Of a stretch of DNA of 64,000 nucleotides, positions 48,439 through 62,695 are shown one piece after another. Numbering within the stretch: the stretch's first letter is position 1; the number at the start of each line of letters is the position of its first letter. The notes beneath the pieces were generated by a model that saw nothing but the letters and a program-made list of their open reading frames with translations, made no database searches and was not told the origin of the DNA. A program made the position numbers and the translations under genes. The DNA comes from Escherichia phage JY01: the sequence record OR995200.1; one strand, given 5' to 3'.

Positions 48439-50421
48439 ATGGCAAATACCCCTGTAAATTATCAATTAACAAGAACAGCAAATGCTATTCCCGAGATATT
48501 CGTCGGGGGTACATTTGCTGAAATAAAACAAAACCTCATTGAATGGCTTAATGGCCAAAATGAATTTTTGGATTATGATTTTGAAGGCTCAAGATTAAAC
48601 GTTCTATGTGACCTTTTGGCTTATAATACATTATACATTCAGCAGTTTGGTAATGCTGCCGTGTATGAAAGCTTTATGCGTACTGCTAACTTACGTAGTT
48701 CAGTAGTTCAAGCTGCACAAGATAATGGATATTTACCTACTTCAAAATCAGCTGCTCAAACTGAAATTATGCTAACTTGTACAGACGCATTGAATAGGAA
48801 TTACATCACAATTCCTCGCGGTACTCGCTTTTTAGCATATGCAAAGGATACTTCTGTTAATCCTTATAACTTTGTATCTACCGAAGATGTTATTGCTATT
48901 CGTGATAAAAATAACCAGTATTTTCCACGTTTAAAATTAGCCCAAGGACGTATAGTAAGAACTGAAATCATTTATGATAAATTAACACCTATTATCATTT
49001 ATGACAAAAACATAGATAGAAACCAAGTTAAACTATACGTTGATGGAGCAGAATGGATTAACTGGACAAGAAAGTCAATGGTTCATGCTGGTTCTACATC
49101 AACAATTTACTACATGCGTGAAACTATTGATGGAAATACTGAATTTTATTTTGGTGAAGGTGAGATTTCCGTTAATGCGGCAGAAGGAGCATTGACTGCT
49201 AATTATATTGGAGGTCTTAAACCTACCCAGAATTCTACGATTGTTATTGAGTACATCAGTACTAACGGTGCAGATGCGAATGGTGCAGTCGGATTTTCAT
49301 ACGCAGATACATTAACAAATATAACTGTCATCAATATTAACGAAAATCCAAATGATGACCCAGATTTTGTCGGAGCAGATGGCGGCGGTGATCCAGAAGA
49401 TATTGAGCGTATTCGCGAATTAGGTACTATTAAACGCGAAACCCAGCAACGCTGCGTAACCGCAACTGATTATGATACATTTGTCTCAGAAAGATTTGGT
49501 TCTATTATTCAAGCTGTTCAGACTTTCACTGATTCTACTAAACCTGGGTATGCATTTATTGCTGCTAAACCTAAATCAGGATTGTATTTAACTACTGTAC
49601 AGCGTGAAGATATTAAAAATTATCTCAAAGATTATAATTTAGCGCCTATTACACCGTCAATTATTTCTCCTAATTATCTTTTTATTAAGACTAATTTAAA
49701 AGTCACATATGCTTTAAATAAACTACAAGAATCCGAACAGTGGCTTGAAGGTCAAATAATTGATAAAATTGATCGTTATTATACAGAAGATGTAGAAATT
49801 TTTAACTCATCTTTTGCCAAGTCTAAGATGTTAACTTACGTAGATGATGCAGATCATTCTATCATTGGTTCATCAGCAACTATTCAAATTGTTCGTGAAG
49901 TACAAAACTTCTATAAAACGCCTGAAGCAGGTATTAAATACAATAATCAAATAAAAGATCGTTCTATGGAATCTAATACGTTTTCATTTAATTCTGGACG
50001 AAAGGTTGTAAATCCTGATACTGGTTTAGAAGAAGATGTATTATATGACGTTCGTATAGTATCAACAGACCGAGATTCTAAAGGAATTGGTAAAGTTATT
50101 ATTGGTCCATTTGCTTCTGGCGATGTTACAGAAAATGAAAACATTCAGCCGTATACAGGCAACGATTTTAACAAATTAATAAACTCCACCGGACGTGACA
50201 AATACTATGTTATCGGTGAAATAAATTATCCAGCCGATACAATTTATTGGAATATCGCTAAAATTAATTTAACATCTGAAAAATTTGAAGTTCAGACTAT
50301 TGAATTATATTCTGACCCAACCGATGATGTTATCTTTACTCGCGATGGTTCACTGATTGTATTTGAAAATGACTTACGTCCACAATACTTAACTATCGAT
50401 TTGGAGCCTATATCACAATGA
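48439..50421 (+). CDS. 6: Baseplate wedge protein gp6
   Basis: 660-aa ORF, T4 gp6 size and position. Confidence 0.92.
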   Translation: MANTPVNYQLTRTANAIPEIFVGGTFAEIKQNLIEWLNGQNEFLDYDFEGSRLNVLCDLLAYNTLYIQQFGNAAVYESFMRTANLRSSVVQAAQDNGYLPTSKSAAQTEIMLTCTDALNRNYITIPRGTRFLAYAKDTSVNPYNFVSTEDVIAIRDKNNQYFPRLKLAQGRIVRTEIIYDKLTPIIIYDKNIDRNQVKLYVDGAEWINWTRKSMVHAGSTSTIYYMRETIDGNTEFYFGEGEISVNAAEGALTANYIGGLKPTQNSTIVIEYISTNGADANGAVGFSYADTLTNITVININENPNDDPDFVGADGGGDPEDIERIRELGTIKRETQQRCVTATDYDTFVSERFGSIIQAVQTFTDSTKPGYAFIAAKPKSGLYLTTVQREDIKNYLKDYNLAPITPSIISPNYLFIKTNLKVTYALNKLQESEQWLEGQIIDKIDRYYTEDVEIFNSSFAKSKMLTYVDDADHSIIGSSATIQIVREVQNFYKTPEAGIKYNNQIKDRSMESNTFSFNSGRKVVNPDTGLEEDVLYDVRIVSTDRDSKGIGKVIIGPFASGDVTENENIQPYTGNDFNKLINSTGRDKYYVIGEINYPADTIYWNIAKINLTSEKFEVQTIELYSDPTDDVIFTRDGSLIVFENDLRPQYLTIDLEPISQ

Positions 50422-53400
50422 CAGTAAAAGCGCCTTCAGTCACTAGTCTCAGAATTTCCAAGTTATCCGCTAATCAGGTGCAAGTACGCTGGGATGACGT
50501 TGGTGCTAATTTCTACTACTTTGTAGAAATCGCTGAGACAAAATCAAACTCGGGAGAAAATCTCCCGAGTAATCAATATCGTTGGATTAATTTAGGATAT
50601 ACAGCAAATAATAGTTTCTTTTTTGATGATGCTGATCCACTGACATCATATGTTATTAGAGTAGCTACAGCTGCGCAAGATTTTGAGCAGTCTGATTGGA
50701 TTTATACAGAAGAGTTTGAAACTTTTGCTACGAATGCTTACACATTTCAAAATATGATTGAAATGCAATTAGCTAATAAATTCATTCAGGAAAAGTTCAC
50801 TCTTAATAATTCTAATTATGTCAATTTCAATAATGACACAATAATGGCTGCGTTGATGAATGAATCATTTCAGTTCAGCCCATCGTATGCTGATGTCTCA
50901 TCAATCAGTAATTTTATTATTGGTGAAAACGAGTATCATGAAATACAAGGTTCTATTCAGCAAGTATGTAAGGATATTAACCGAGCTTATTTGATGGAAT
51001 CAGAAGGGATTCTATATCTTTTTGAGCGTTATCAACCCGTAGTTAAAGTATCCAATGATAAAGGACAAACCTGGAAAGCTGTAAAGCTCTTCAATGACCG
51101 TGTAGGATATCCTTTATCTAAGACTGTATATTACCAATCTGCAAACACAACATACGTTCTAGGATACGATAAGATTTTCTATGGCCGTAAATCGACTGAC
51201 GTTAGATGGTCAGCAGATGATGTCAGATTCAGTTCACAGGATATAACATTTGCTAAATTAGGAGACCAACTTCATTTAGGATTCGATGTTGAAATCTTCG
51301 CTACTTATGCGACTTTACCAGCGAATGTATACCGTATAGCTGAAGCCATTACTTGTACGGATGATTATATCTATGTTGTTGCCAGAGATAAAGTTAGATA
51401 TATAAAAACGAGTAATGCACCTATAGATTCTGACCCGTTATCACCAACATACTCGGAAAGACTTTTTGAACCTGATACAATGACTATAACTGGAAATCCT
51501 AAAGCTGTATGCTATAAAATGGATTCTATTGGTGATAAAGTTTTTGCTCTTATTATTGGTGAAGTTGAAACATTAAATGCTAATCCTAGAACATCAAAAA
51601 TAATTGATTCCGCTGATAAAGGAATATATGTTTTAAATCATGATGAAAAAACATGGAAAAGAGTTTTTGGTAATACCGAAGAAGAAAGAAGACGTATTCA
51701 ACCCGGATATGCGAATATGTCAACTGATGGTAAATTAGTTTCTCTGTCTTCGAGTAATTTTAAATTTTTAAGTGATAACGTTGTTAATGACCCTGAAACT
51801 GCTGTAAAATACCAGTTAATCGGTGCTGTTAAATATGAATTTCCTCGCGAATGGTTAGCTGATAAACATTATCATATGATGGCGTTTATAGCGGATGAAA
51901 AATCTGATTGGGAGACTTTTACTCCTCAACCGATGAAATACTACGCAGAACCGTTCTTTAATTGGTCTAAAAAATCTAACACTCGATGTTGGATAAACAA
52001 CTCTGATAAAGCTGTTGTAGTTTATGCAGATTTGAAATACACCAAAGTTATTGAAAATATTCCAGAAACGTCACCAGATAGATTAGTGCATGAATACTGG
52101 GATGATGGCGATTGCACTATAGTAATGCCAAATGTTAAATTCACCGGATTTAAAAAATACGCATCAGGAATGCTTTTCTACAAATCTTCTGGCGAAATAA
52201 TTTCTTATTATGATTTTAACTATCGTGTGAGAGATACAGTAGAAATTATTTGGAAGCCAACTGAAGTATTTTTAAAAGCATTTTTACAAAACCAAGAGCG
52301 CGAAACTCCTTGGTCACCAGAAGAAGAACGTGGATTAGCTGACCCTGATTTAAGACCATTGATTGGCACAATGATGCCTGATTCTTATTTGTTACAAGAT
52401 TCTAATTTTGAGGCATTTTGTGAAGCATATATTCAATATCTTTCTGACGGATATGGAACTCAGTATAACAATTTACGAAATTTAATTCGTAACCAATATC
52501 CACGAGAAGAGCATGCGTGGGAATATTTATGGTCAGAAATATATAAAAGAAACATTTATTTAAATGCTGACAAACGCGATGCTGTTGCAAGATTTTTTGA
52601 ATCACGTAGCTATGATTTTTATTCTACTAAAGGAATTGAAGCATCATATAAATTTCTTTTTAAAGTTCTTTATAATGAAGAAGTTGAAATTGAAATTGAA
52701 TCGGGAGCAGGTACTGAATATGATGTAATCATTCAATCTGATTCTCTTACAGAAGATTTAGTAGGACAAACTATCTATACTGCAACCGGAAGATGTAATG
52801 TTACTTATATAGAAAGAAGTTATTCTAATGGTAAATTGCAATGGACCGTGACTATACATAATCTTTTGGGGCGGTTAATAGCAGGACAAGAAGTTAAAGC
52901 AGAAAGACTTCCGGGCTTTGAAGGCGAAATTATTCGTGGGGTTAAAGGAAAAGATTTGCTTCAAAATAATATAGACTATATTAATAGAAGTAGATCATAT
53001 TATGTAATGAAAATTAAATCCAATTTACCTTCTTCTCGTTGGAAATCTGACGTTATTCGTTTTGTTCATCCAGTAGGATTTGGATTTATAGCAATTACCC
53101 TTTTAACGATGTTTATTAATGTTGGTTTAACTCTTAAACACACAGAGACTATAATTAATAAATACAAAAACTATAAATGGGATTCTGGATTGCCTACTGA
53201 ATATGCTGATAGAGTAGCTAAATTGACTCCAACTGGTGAAATTGAGCATGATTCGGTAACAGGCGAAGCAATTTATGAGCCTGGCCCAATGGCTGGTGTA
53301 GAATATCCTCTTCCTGATGACTATAATGCTGAAAATAACAATTCAATATTTCAAGGTCAATTGCCGTCTGAACGACGTAAATTAATGAGTCCTTTATTTG

Positions 53401-53516
53401 ATGCATCTGGAACAACATTTGCGCAATTTAGAGATTTAGTTAATAAACGTCTAAAAGATAATATAGGAAATCCAAGAGACCCTGAAAATCCAACACAGGT
53501 TAAAATAGATGAATGA
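50418..53516 (+). CDS. 7: Baseplate wedge protein gp7
   Basis: 1032-aa ORF, T4 gp7 size and position. Confidence 0.92.
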   Translation: MTVKAPSVTSLRISKLSANQVQVRWDDVGANFYYFVEIAETKSNSGENLPSNQYRWINLGYTANNSFFFDDADPLTSYVIRVATAAQDFEQSDWIYTEEFETFATNAYTFQNMIEMQLANKFIQEKFTLNNSNYVNFNNDTIMAALMNESFQFSPSYADVSSISNFIIGENEYHEIQGSIQQVCKDINRAYLMESEGILYLFERYQPVVKVSNDKGQTWKAVKLFNDRVGYPLSKTVYYQSANTTYVLGYDKIFYGRKSTDVRWSADDVRFSSQDITFAKLGDQLHLGFDVEIFATYATLPANVYRIAEAITCTDDYIYVVARDKVRYIKTSNAPIDSDPLSPTYSERLFEPDTMTITGNPKAVCYKMDSIGDKVFALIIGEVETLNANPRTSKIIDSADKGIYVLNHDEKTWKRVFGNTEEERRRIQPGYANMSTDGKLVSLSSSNFKFLSDNVVNDPETAVKYQLIGAVKYEFPREWLADKHYHMMAFIADEKSDWETFTPQPMKYYAEPFFNWSKKSNTRCWINNSDKAVVVYADLKYTKVIENIPETSPDRLVHEYWDDGDCTIVMPNVKFTGFKKYASGMLFYKSSGEIISYYDFNYRVRDTVEIIWKPTEVFLKAFLQNQERETPWSPEEERGLADPDLRPLIGTMMPDSYLLQDSNFEAFCEAYIQYLSDGYGTQYNNLRNLIRNQYPREEHAWEYLWSEIYKRNIYLNADKRDAVARFFESRSYDFYSTKGIEASYKFLFKVLYNEEVEIEIESGAGTEYDVIIQSDSLTEDLVGQTIYTATGRCNVTYIERSYSNGKLQWTVTIHNLLGRLIAGQEVKAERLPGFEGEIIRGVKGKDLLQNNIDYINRSRSYYVMKIKSNLPSSRWKSDVIRFVHPVGFGFIAITLLTMFINVGLTLKHTETIINKYKNYKWDSGLPTEYADRVAKLTPTGEIEHDSVTGEAIYEPGPMAGVEYPLPDDYNAENNNSIFQGQLPSERRKLMSPLFDASGTTFAQFRDLVNKRLKDNIGNPRDPENPTQVKIDE

Positions 53517-54513
53517 TTCAAGTGTTATCTATCGTGCGATAGTTACTTCAAAATTTAGAACAGAAAAAATGTTGAATTTTTATAATTCAATTGGAAGTGG
53601 TCCGGATAAAAACACTATCTTTATCACATTTGGAAGATCAGAACCGTGGTCATCAAATGAAAATGAGGTGGGCTTTGCCCCACCTTATCCTACCGATTCT
53701 GTATTAGGTGTAACTGACATGTGGACGCATATGATGGGAACAGTAAAAGTTCTTCCATCAATGCTTGATGCAGTTATTCCTCGTCGAGATTGGGGAGATA
53801 CTAGATATCCGGATCCATACACATTTAGAATTAATGATATTGTAGTGTGTAACTCAGCTCCTTACAATGCTACTGAATCAGGCGCAGGCTGGTTAGTATA
53901 TCGTTGTTTAGATGTTCCTGATACTGGAATGTGTTCAATCGCATCTTTAACTGATAAGGATGAATGCCTCAAATTAGGTGGAAAATGGACTCCTTCTGCT
54001 AGGTCAATGACTCCTCCTGAAGGCCGAGGAGATGCTGAAGGAACAATTGAACCTGGCGATGGATATGTATGGGAATATCTTTTTGAGATTCCGCCTGATG
54101 TATCTATAAATAGATGCACGAATGAGTATATTGTAGTTCCTTGGCCTGAGGAATTAAAAGAAGACCCGGCTAGATGGGGGTATGAAGATAATCTCACTTG
54201 GCAGCAAGATGATTTTGGGTTAATTTATCGTGTTAAAGCTAATACAATTCGTTTTAAAGCATATTTAGATTCAGTTTATTTTCCTGAAGCTGCATTGCCG
54301 GGAAATAAAGGATTTAGACAAATATCGATAATTACAAATCCTCTTGAAGCTAAAGTTCATCCAAATGATCCAAACGTTAAAGCTGAAAAGGATTATTATG
54401 ATCCTGAAGATTTAATGAGGCATTCGGGTGAAATGATTTATATGGAAAATAGGCCACCTATTATTATGGCAATGGATCAGACAGAAGAAATCAATATTCT
54501 GTTTACATTTTAA
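53509..54513 (+). CDS. 8: Baseplate wedge protein gp8
   Basis: 334-aa ORF, T4 gp8 size and position. Confidence 0.92.
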   Translation: MNDSSVIYRAIVTSKFRTEKMLNFYNSIGSGPDKNTIFITFGRSEPWSSNENEVGFAPPYPTDSVLGVTDMWTHMMGTVKVLPSMLDAVIPRRDWGDTRYPDPYTFRINDIVVCNSAPYNATESGAGWLVYRCLDVPDTGMCSIASLTDKDECLKLGGKWTPSARSMTPPEGRGDAEGTIEPGDGYVWEYLFEIPPDVSINRCTNEYIVVPWPEELKEDPARWGYEDNLTWQQDDFGLIYRVKANTIRFKAYLDSVYFPEAALPGNKGFRQISIITNPLEAKVHPNDPNVKAEKDYYDPEDLMRHSGEMIYMENRPPIIMAMDQTEEINILFTF

Positions 54514-54517
54514 ATTA

Positions 54518-54541
54518 AGGGAGCCCATGGGCTCCCTTTTT
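54518..54541 (+). terminator. Rho-independent terminator after gene 8
   Basis: Palindrome GGGAGCCCATGGGCTCCC followed by TTTTT. Confidence 0.65.
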
Positions 54542-54544
54542 CTT

Positions 54545-54552
54545 TATAAATA
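54545..54552 (+). promoter_or_regulatory. Late promoter for gene 9
   Basis: TATAAATA 25 nt upstream of the gene 9 ATG, just after the gp8 terminator. Confidence 0.7.
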
Positions 54553-54576
54553 CTATAAACTCATAAGGAAACCGCT

Positions 54577-55443
54577 ATGTTCATTCAAGAACCAAAGAAA
54601 TTGATTGATACCGGCGAAATTGGTAACGCTTCTACTGGTGATATCTTATTCGACGGTGGTAATAAAATTAATAGTGATTTTAACGCAATTTATAATGCGT
54701 TTGGCGATCAACGTAAAATGGCAGTAGCAAATGGCACCGGAGCAGATGGTCAAATTATCCATGCTACTGGGTATTATCAAAAACACTCTATTGCAGAGTA
54801 TGCAACTCCAGTAAAAGTTGGCACTAGACATGATATTGATACTTCTACCGTAGGTGTTAAAGTTATCATTGAAAGAGGCGAACTTGGCGACTGCGTTGAA
54901 TTTATTAACTCGAATGGATCAATATCAGTTACTAATCCTTTAACGATTCAAGCTATTGATTCAATTAAAGGCGTTTCAGGTAATTTAGTAGTAACTAGTC
55001 CATATAGTAAAGTTACTTTACGTTGTATTTCATCTGATAATTCTACGTCGGTTTGGAATTATTCTATTGAAAGTATGTTTGGGCAAAAGGAATCACCAGC
55101 TGAAGGTACATGGAATATTTCTACATCTGGATCAGTTGACATTCCACTATTTCATCGCACTGAATACAATATGGCTAAATTGCTAGTTACGTGCCAATCA
55201 GTAGATGGAAGAAAAATTAAAACAGCAGAAATAAATATTCTTGTGGATACTGTTAATTCAGAGGTCATTTCTTCTGAATATGCTGTCATGCGAGTTGGGA
55301 ATGAAACCGAAGAAGACGAAATCGCTAATATTGCATTTAGTATTAAAGAAAATTACGTAACGGCGACTATAAGTTCTTCAACTGTCGGTATGAGAGCAGC
55401 AGTTAAAGTTATCGCTACGCAGAAAATCGGGGTGGCTCAATAA
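54577..55443 (+). CDS. 9: Baseplate wedge / long-tail-fibre socket protein gp9
   Basis: 288-aa ORF starting MFIQEPKKLIDTGEIGNASTGDILFDGG; late promoter upstream. Confidence 0.92.
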   Translation: MFIQEPKKLIDTGEIGNASTGDILFDGGNKINSDFNAIYNAFGDQRKMAVANGTGADGQIIHATGYYQKHSIAEYATPVKVGTRHDIDTSTVGVKVIIERGELGDCVEFINSNGSISVTNPLTIQAIDSIKGVSGNLVVTSPYSKVTLRCISSDNSTSVWNYSIESMFGQKESPAEGTWNISTSGSVDIPLFHRTEYNMAKLLVTCQSVDGRKIKTAEINILVDTVNSEVISSEYAVMRVGNETEEDEIANIAFSIKENYVTATISSSTVGMRAAVKVIATQKIGVAQ

Positions 55444-57248
55444 TGAAACAAAATATTAATATCGGTAATGTTGTAGATGATGGTACCGGTGACTACCTGC
55501 GTAAAGGTGGTATAAAAATAAATGAAAACTTTGATGAGCTTTATTATGAACTCGGTGATGGTAATGTTCCATATTCAGCCGGTGCTTGGAAAACTTATAA
55601 TGCTTCATCTGGGCAAACATTAAAAGCTGAATGGGGAAAATCATACGCTATTAATACTTCGTCTGGAAGAGTAACACTGCAACTTCCTAAAGGAACTGTT
55701 AATGATTATAATAAAGTAATTAGAGCTAGGGATGTATTTGCAACATGGAATGTTAATCCAGTTACTTTAGTAGCCGCTTCTGGTGATACTATCAAAGGAT
55801 CATCGTCATCGGTTGAAATTAACGTTCAATTTAGTGATTTAGAGCTAGTTTATTGCGCTCCGGGCCGTTGGGAATATGTCAAAAATAAACAAATTGACAA
55901 AATTATTAGTTCAGACATTAGCAATGTAGCTCGTAAAGAATTTTTAGTCGAAGTTCAAGGACAAACAGACTTTTTAGATATTTTCCGTGGAACTAGTTAT
56001 AATGTTAATAACATCAGAGTAAAACACCGCGGTAATGAATTGTATTACGGCGATGTTTTTAGCGAAAATAGCGACTTTGGTTCTCCTGGAGAAAATGAAG
56101 GCGAATTAGTTCCTCTTGATGGATTTAATATTCGATTAAGACAGCCTTGTAATATTGGTGACACTGTTCAAATTGAAACATTTATGGATGGTGTATCACA
56201 ATGGAGAAGTTCATATACAAGACGCCAAATAAAAGTATTAGATTCAAAATTAACGTCAAAAACTTCTTTAGAAGGAAGTATTTACGTTACTGATTTATCA
56301 ACAATGAAATCAATTCCATTCTCTGCATTTGGATTAATTCCTGGAGAACCTATTAATCCTAATTCTCTTGAAGTTCGTTTTAATGGAATTTTACAACAAC
56401 AAGCTGGAACAGCTGGATATCCTCTGTTTTTGTGTGAAGGCGCTAGTTCAGATACGCAAGAAGGATGTATATCTCTTGGTGGTGAATGGAAAGAATCAAA
56501 CACAGATTATTCTATAGAATATGAAGATGGAAAACCTACCAGTCTTTTATTTGATAGAAAATTTGAATCAGGCGATATAATCGTTATAACGTGGTTCAAT
56601 AATGATTTAGGAACTCTTTTAGAAAAAGATGACATCATTGAATTGACTGATGACCGTTATGTTAGCAAAGGATCATCTACCGAAGTTACTGGTGATGTAG
56701 CCTTAACTGATTTTGATAAAATCGGTTGGCCAAATGTTGAAAAAGTTGATTCTTATACTAGAACATATAATTCAATATCATCTATTTTCGATAGCATTTA
56801 TCCCATTGGTTCAATTTATGAAAATGCTATAAACCCAAATAATCCGGTGACTTATATGGGGTTTGGTTCATGGAAATTATTTGGTAAAGGACAAGTTTTA
56901 GTAGGATGGAATGATGATGTTACGGATCCAAACTTTGCATTAAATAACAATGATTTAGATTCTAGCGGAAATCCTTCGCATACTGCCGGTGGAACAGTTG
57001 GAACAACATCAGTGACACTTGAGAACGCAAATCTTCCTGCGACTAAAACTGATGAAAAAGTTTTAATTGAAGATGAAAACGGATCAGTTATTATTGGAGG
57101 TTGCCAATATGACCCAGATGAAACTGGTCCTATATATACAAAATATCGTGAAGACTACGCAACAACAAACTCTTCACATACTCCTCCTGCTAATATTAGT
57201 AATATTCAACCGTCTATTACTGTATACCGTTGGATAAGGATTGCATAA
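55443..57248 (+). CDS. 10: Baseplate wedge protein gp10
   Basis: 601-aa ORF, T4 gp10 size and position. Confidence 0.92.
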   Translation: MKQNINIGNVVDDGTGDYLRKGGIKINENFDELYYELGDGNVPYSAGAWKTYNASSGQTLKAEWGKSYAINTSSGRVTLQLPKGTVNDYNKVIRARDVFATWNVNPVTLVAASGDTIKGSSSSVEINVQFSDLELVYCAPGRWEYVKNKQIDKIISSDISNVARKEFLVEVQGQTDFLDIFRGTSYNVNNIRVKHRGNELYYGDVFSENSDFGSPGENEGELVPLDGFNIRLRQPCNIGDTVQIETFMDGVSQWRSSYTRRQIKVLDSKLTSKTSLEGSIYVTDLSTMKSIPFSAFGLIPGEPINPNSLEVRFNGILQQQAGTAGYPLFLCEGASSDTQEGCISLGGEWKESNTDYSIEYEDGKPTSLLFDRKFESGDIIVITWFNNDLGTLLEKDDIIELTDDRYVSKGSSTEVTGDVALTDFDKIGWPNVEKVDSYTRTYNSISSIFDSIYPIGSIYENAINPNNPVTYMGFGSWKLFGKGQVLVGWNDDVTDPNFALNNNDLDSSGNPSHTAGGTVGTTSVTLENANLPATKTDEKVLIEDENGSVIIGGCQYDPDETGPIYTKYREDYATTNSSHTPPANISNIQPSITVYRWIRIA

Positions 57249-57907
57249 TGAGTTTACTTAATAATAAAGCGGGAGTTATTTCCCGCTTAGCAGATTTTCT
57301 TGGTTTTAGAACTAAGAAAAATGATATTTCGGTTATGAATAATCAGCCAGTAGGTGCTGTAACAATTTCACAAATAGCAAAAGGTTTTTATGACCCAAAT
57401 GTAGAATCTGCTATCAATGATGTTAGAAATATGGCAGAGCAACAGGTTGGAGCTGTATTAGTTAATATAAGTGGCGTATCTCCTACTGGCGTGCAGCAAA
57501 CAGACTATTGGTCATTTGAAGGAACTGTTACTGATACTTCAGCCAAACCAGGTGACCCAGTTATTGTTAATATGTTTGGCATTCCTGTTAAAGCTACTAA
57601 TGGAATGACTTCAATCGAATTTACCAGTGCCGTTAGAACAGCTCTGCAGGAAATGGTTGCAAAATTTATTGCAATTGATTCATTTGAAGACCATCCTACC
57701 ATAGGAAATAAAATACAAGTTAAGTATTTAGATAACCAAGAACATATCTTAGAACAATACTCTGATAAAGGAATTACTTTCAAACAGGAAATAATTTCTC
57801 CTTCTAAACCTGGGTATGGAACTTGGCAATTATTAGGTGCGCAAACTGTTACGCTAGATAGTCACACCCAACCTACAGTATTTTATTATTTTGAGAGAAT
57901 AGCATGA
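57248..57907 (+). CDS. 11: Baseplate wedge / short-tail-fibre connector gp11
   Basis: Track ORF trimmed to [20 protein letters not shown], 219 aa. Confidence 0.88.
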   Translation: MSLLNNKAGVISRLADFLGFRTKKNDISVMNNQPVGAVTISQIAKGFYDPNVESAINDVRNMAEQQVGAVLVNISGVSPTGVQQTDYWSFEGTVTDTSAKPGDPVIVNMFGIPVKATNGMTSIEFTSAVRTALQEMVAKFIAIDSFEDHPTIGNKIQVKYLDNQEHILEQYSDKGITFKQEIISPSKPGYGTWQLLGAQTVTLDSHTQPTVFYYFERIA

Positions 57908-59454
57908 GTAACAATACATATCAGCACGTATCAAATGAATCAAAATACGTTAAATTCGATCCTGCAGGATCGAATTTTCCTGGCACTGTCACGACAGTGC
58001 AGTCAGCATTATCAAAAATAAGTAATATCGGCGTAAATGGTATTCCTGATGCAACTATGGAAGTTAAAGGAATAGCAATGATTGCATCGGAGCAAGAGGT
58101 TTTAGATGGAACTAATAATTCTAAAATCGTTACACCAGCTACATTAGCAACAAGATTATTGTATCCAAATGCTACTGAAACTAAATATGGATTAACACGC
58201 TATTCAACAAATGAAGAAACTTTAGAAGGCTCAGATAATAATTCATCAATAACGCCACAAAAACTGAAATACCATACTGACGATGTATTCCAAAATAGGT
58301 ATTCATCTGAATCATCAAATGGAGTTATTAAAATATCATCTACTCCTGCGGCTTTGGCTGGAGTAGATGATACTACGGCGATGACTCCGTTGAAAACCCA
58401 AAAACTCGCAATAAAATTAATTTCGCAAATAGCTCCTTCAGAAGACACAGCATCAGAATCTGTTAGAGGTGTAGTTCAGTTATCAACTGTCGCTCAAACT
58501 CGTCAAGGAACTCTCCGCGAAGGATATGCAATTTCTCCGTATACCTTTATGAATTCTGTTGCAACACAAGAATATAAGGGTGTTATACGTTTAGGAACAC
58601 AATCAGAAATTAACAGTAATTTGGGAGATGTTGCAGTAACAGGTGAAACATTAAATGGTCGAGGAGCTACCGGTTCTATGCGTGGGGTAGTAAAATTAAC
58701 GACGCAAGCCGGTATTGCCCCTGAAGGTGATAGCTCTGGAGCATTAGCATGGAACGCAGATGTAATTAATACTCGCGGTGGACAAACTATTAATGGTTCT
58801 TTAAATTTAGATCATTTAACAGCAAATGGAATTTGGTCGCGCGGCGGAATGTGGAAAAATGGCGATCAACCTGTTGCCACTGAAAGATATGCGTCCGAAA
58901 GGGTTCCAGTTGGAACTATTATGATGTTTGCTGGAGATTCAGCTCCTCCTGGTTGGATTATGTGCCACGGCGGAACCGTGTCAGGAGATCAATATCCTGA
59001 TTATAGAAACACGGTTGGAACAAGATTTGGTGGTGATTGGAATAACCCTGGCATTCCTGATATGCGAGGTCTTTTCGTCAGAGGAGCTGGCACGGGCGGT
59101 CATATTTTAAATCAACGAGGGCAAGATGGTTACGGGAAGGATAGACTTGGTGTAGGATGTGACGGAATGCATGTTGGCGGTGTTCAAGCACAACAGATGT
59201 CATACCATAAACATGCTGGTGGTTGGGGAGAATACCAAAGACATGAAGCTCCATTTGGCGCGTCCGTTTATCAAGGATATCTTGGAACTAGAAAATATGC
59301 CGACTGGGATAATGCTTCATACTTCACTAATGATGGATTTGAATTAGGTGGACCGAGAGATGCCCTTGGTACACTTAATCGTGAAGGATTAATTGGTTAT
59401 GAAACTAGACCATGGAATATATCATTAAACTATATTATTAAAATTCATTACTAA
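57904..59454 (+). CDS. 12: Short tail fibre protein gp12
   Basis: 516-aa ORF with repetitive N-terminal and middle segments and His-rich C-terminal domain, in the gp12 position. Confidence 0.9.
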   Translation: MSNNTYQHVSNESKYVKFDPAGSNFPGTVTTVQSALSKISNIGVNGIPDATMEVKGIAMIASEQEVLDGTNNSKIVTPATLATRLLYPNATETKYGLTRYSTNEETLEGSDNNSSITPQKLKYHTDDVFQNRYSSESSNGVIKISSTPAALAGVDDTTAMTPLKTQKLAIKLISQIAPSEDTASESVRGVVQLSTVAQTRQGTLREGYAISPYTFMNSVATQEYKGVIRLGTQSEINSNLGDVAVTGETLNGRGATGSMRGVVKLTTQAGIAPEGDSSGALAWNADVINTRGGQTINGSLNLDHLTANGIWSRGGMWKNGDQPVATERYASERVPVGTIMMFAGDSAPPGWIMCHGGTVSGDQYPDYRNTVGTRFGGDWNNPGIPDMRGLFVRGAGTGGHILNQRGQDGYGKDRLGVGCDGMHVGGVQAQQMSYHKHAGGWGEYQRHEAPFGASVYQGYLGTRKYADWDNASYFTNDGFELGGPRDALGTLNREGLIGYETRPWNISLNYIIKIHY

Positions 59455-59463
59455 GGATTACAA

Positions 59464-60921
59464 ATGATTGAATTAAAAGATTTACCTTTTGTTGATAGTG
59501 TTCCTGACGGAGGTCAGGAGCGTATTTCATGGATTAAAAATGGTGAAGAAATACTAGGAGCTAGTACTAAGTATGGAAACGATGGATCAATGAATAGACC
59601 AACTGTGTCCGTATTTAAAAATGTTGAGGTTCTTGATGAAAATATAGGAATTCTTAAAACTGCCGTTGAAACATCACAGGAAGATATTAAAACAATTCAA
59701 GGCATTTTGGATGTATCTGGAGATATCGAAGCACTATCACAGATTAGCGTTAATAAAAATGACATATCAAATTTAAAGACGCTTACGAATGAACACACTG
59801 ATATATTAAATGGTACAAATGCCACTGTTGACCGCATTCTTTCTGATATAGGTCCATTTAATGAACACGCAAATTCAGTTTATAGAACAGTTCGAAATGA
59901 TTTGTTATGGATTAAAAGAGAATTAGGGCAATATGCTGGACAAGATATTAATGGTCTTCCTGTTGTAGGAAATAGCAGCACGGGTATGAAGCACCGTATC
60001 ATTAATAATACAGATGCTATAACTTCCCAAGGAATACGTCTAAGTGATTTGGAAGAAAAATTTATTGAATCTGATGTAGGTTCACTGACAATTGAAGTTG
60101 GAAATCTTAGACAAGAACTTGGACAAAGACCATCTTCATTTAGTGAAAGCATATATTCACGTATGCATAATTTAGATCAATCGCAGATTAATCTTAGTTC
60201 CGAAATTAAATCTATCAAAACTTCTATTGGATATCCAGGAAATACTTCAATAATCACAGATGTCAATGTCAATAGTCAAGAAATTTCAGCTTTAAATGAT
60301 GAACTAAATAAAAGTGGCGGCGTTAAACAGCGATTAACTGTTATTGAAACATCGATTGGTTCAGATGATATTCCTTCTAGTATTAAAGGTCAAATTAAAG
60401 ATAATACCACTTCTATTGAATCTTTAAATGGAATTGTAGGTGAAAACACCTCGTCCGGTTTAAGAGCTAACGTTTCATGGCTAAATCAGATAGTTGGAAC
60501 TGATTCTAGCGGAGGTCAACCTTCTCCTCCGGGGTCTCTTTTAAATAGAGTTTCAACTGTTGAAACCTCTGTTAATAGACTTAACAATGATGTTCAAAAC
60601 TTACAGGTTGAAATTGGTAATAACAATTCCGGAATTAAAGGGCAAGTTGTAACACTAAATAAATTAGTAAATGGAACAAATCCGAATGGTTCAACTGTCG
60701 AAGAACGCGGATTGACTAATTCAATAAAAGCTAATGAGACTAACATTTCTTCAATTAATCAAGAGATTCGTAGTATTAAAGGTAATGTGTCCTCATTACA
60801 GAGGGATGTCCAGACTTTACAAGAAGCTGGTTATATTCCTGAAGCTCCAAAAGATGGTCAAGCTTACGTTCGTAAAGACGGCGAATGGGTATTGCTTTCT
60901 ACCTTTTTATCACCAGCATAA
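59464..60921 (+). CDS. wac: Fibritin (whisker antigen control) Wac
   Basis: 485-aa coiled-coil ORF ending in the foldon [27 protein letters not shown]. Confidence 0.93.
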   Translation: MIELKDLPFVDSVPDGGQERISWIKNGEEILGASTKYGNDGSMNRPTVSVFKNVEVLDENIGILKTAVETSQEDIKTIQGILDVSGDIEALSQISVNKNDISNLKTLTNEHTDILNGTNATVDRILSDIGPFNEHANSVYRTVRNDLLWIKRELGQYAGQDINGLPVVGNSSTGMKHRIINNTDAITSQGIRLSDLEEKFIESDVGSLTIEVGNLRQELGQRPSSFSESIYSRMHNLDQSQINLSSEIKSIKTSIGYPGNTSIITDVNVNSQEISALNDELNKSGGVKQRLTVIETSIGSDDIPSSIKGQIKDNTTSIESLNGIVGENTSSGLRANVSWLNQIVGTDSSGGQPSPPGSLLNRVSTVETSVNRLNNDVQNLQVEIGNNNSGIKGQVVTLNKLVNGTNPNGSTVEERGLTNSIKANETNISSINQEIRSIKGNVSSLQRDVQTLQEAGYIPEAPKDGQAYVRKDGEWVLLSTFLSPA

Positions 60922-60925
60922 CATG

Positions 60926-60939
60926 GGGCCGCAAGGCCC
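60926..60939 (+). other. GCAA-tetraloop hairpin between wac and gene 13
   Basis: GGGCC-GCAA-GGCCC immediately after the wac stop codon. Confidence 0.5.
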
Positions 60940-60952
60940 TAAAGGATTTTAA

Positions 60953-62654
<1,702 letters not shown>

Positions 62655-62695
62655 TAAATATTATAAACTAATTAAAGCCCAGATTAGGAGAAATC

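Noticed and set aside
45968-60152. Minus-strand ORFs inside late genes 5, 6, 7, 8, 9, 10, 11, 12 and wac (for example 46131..46340, 53862..54197, 58200..58448)
   Set aside because: Antisense to long, well-supported structural genes; no promoter or RBS signals.
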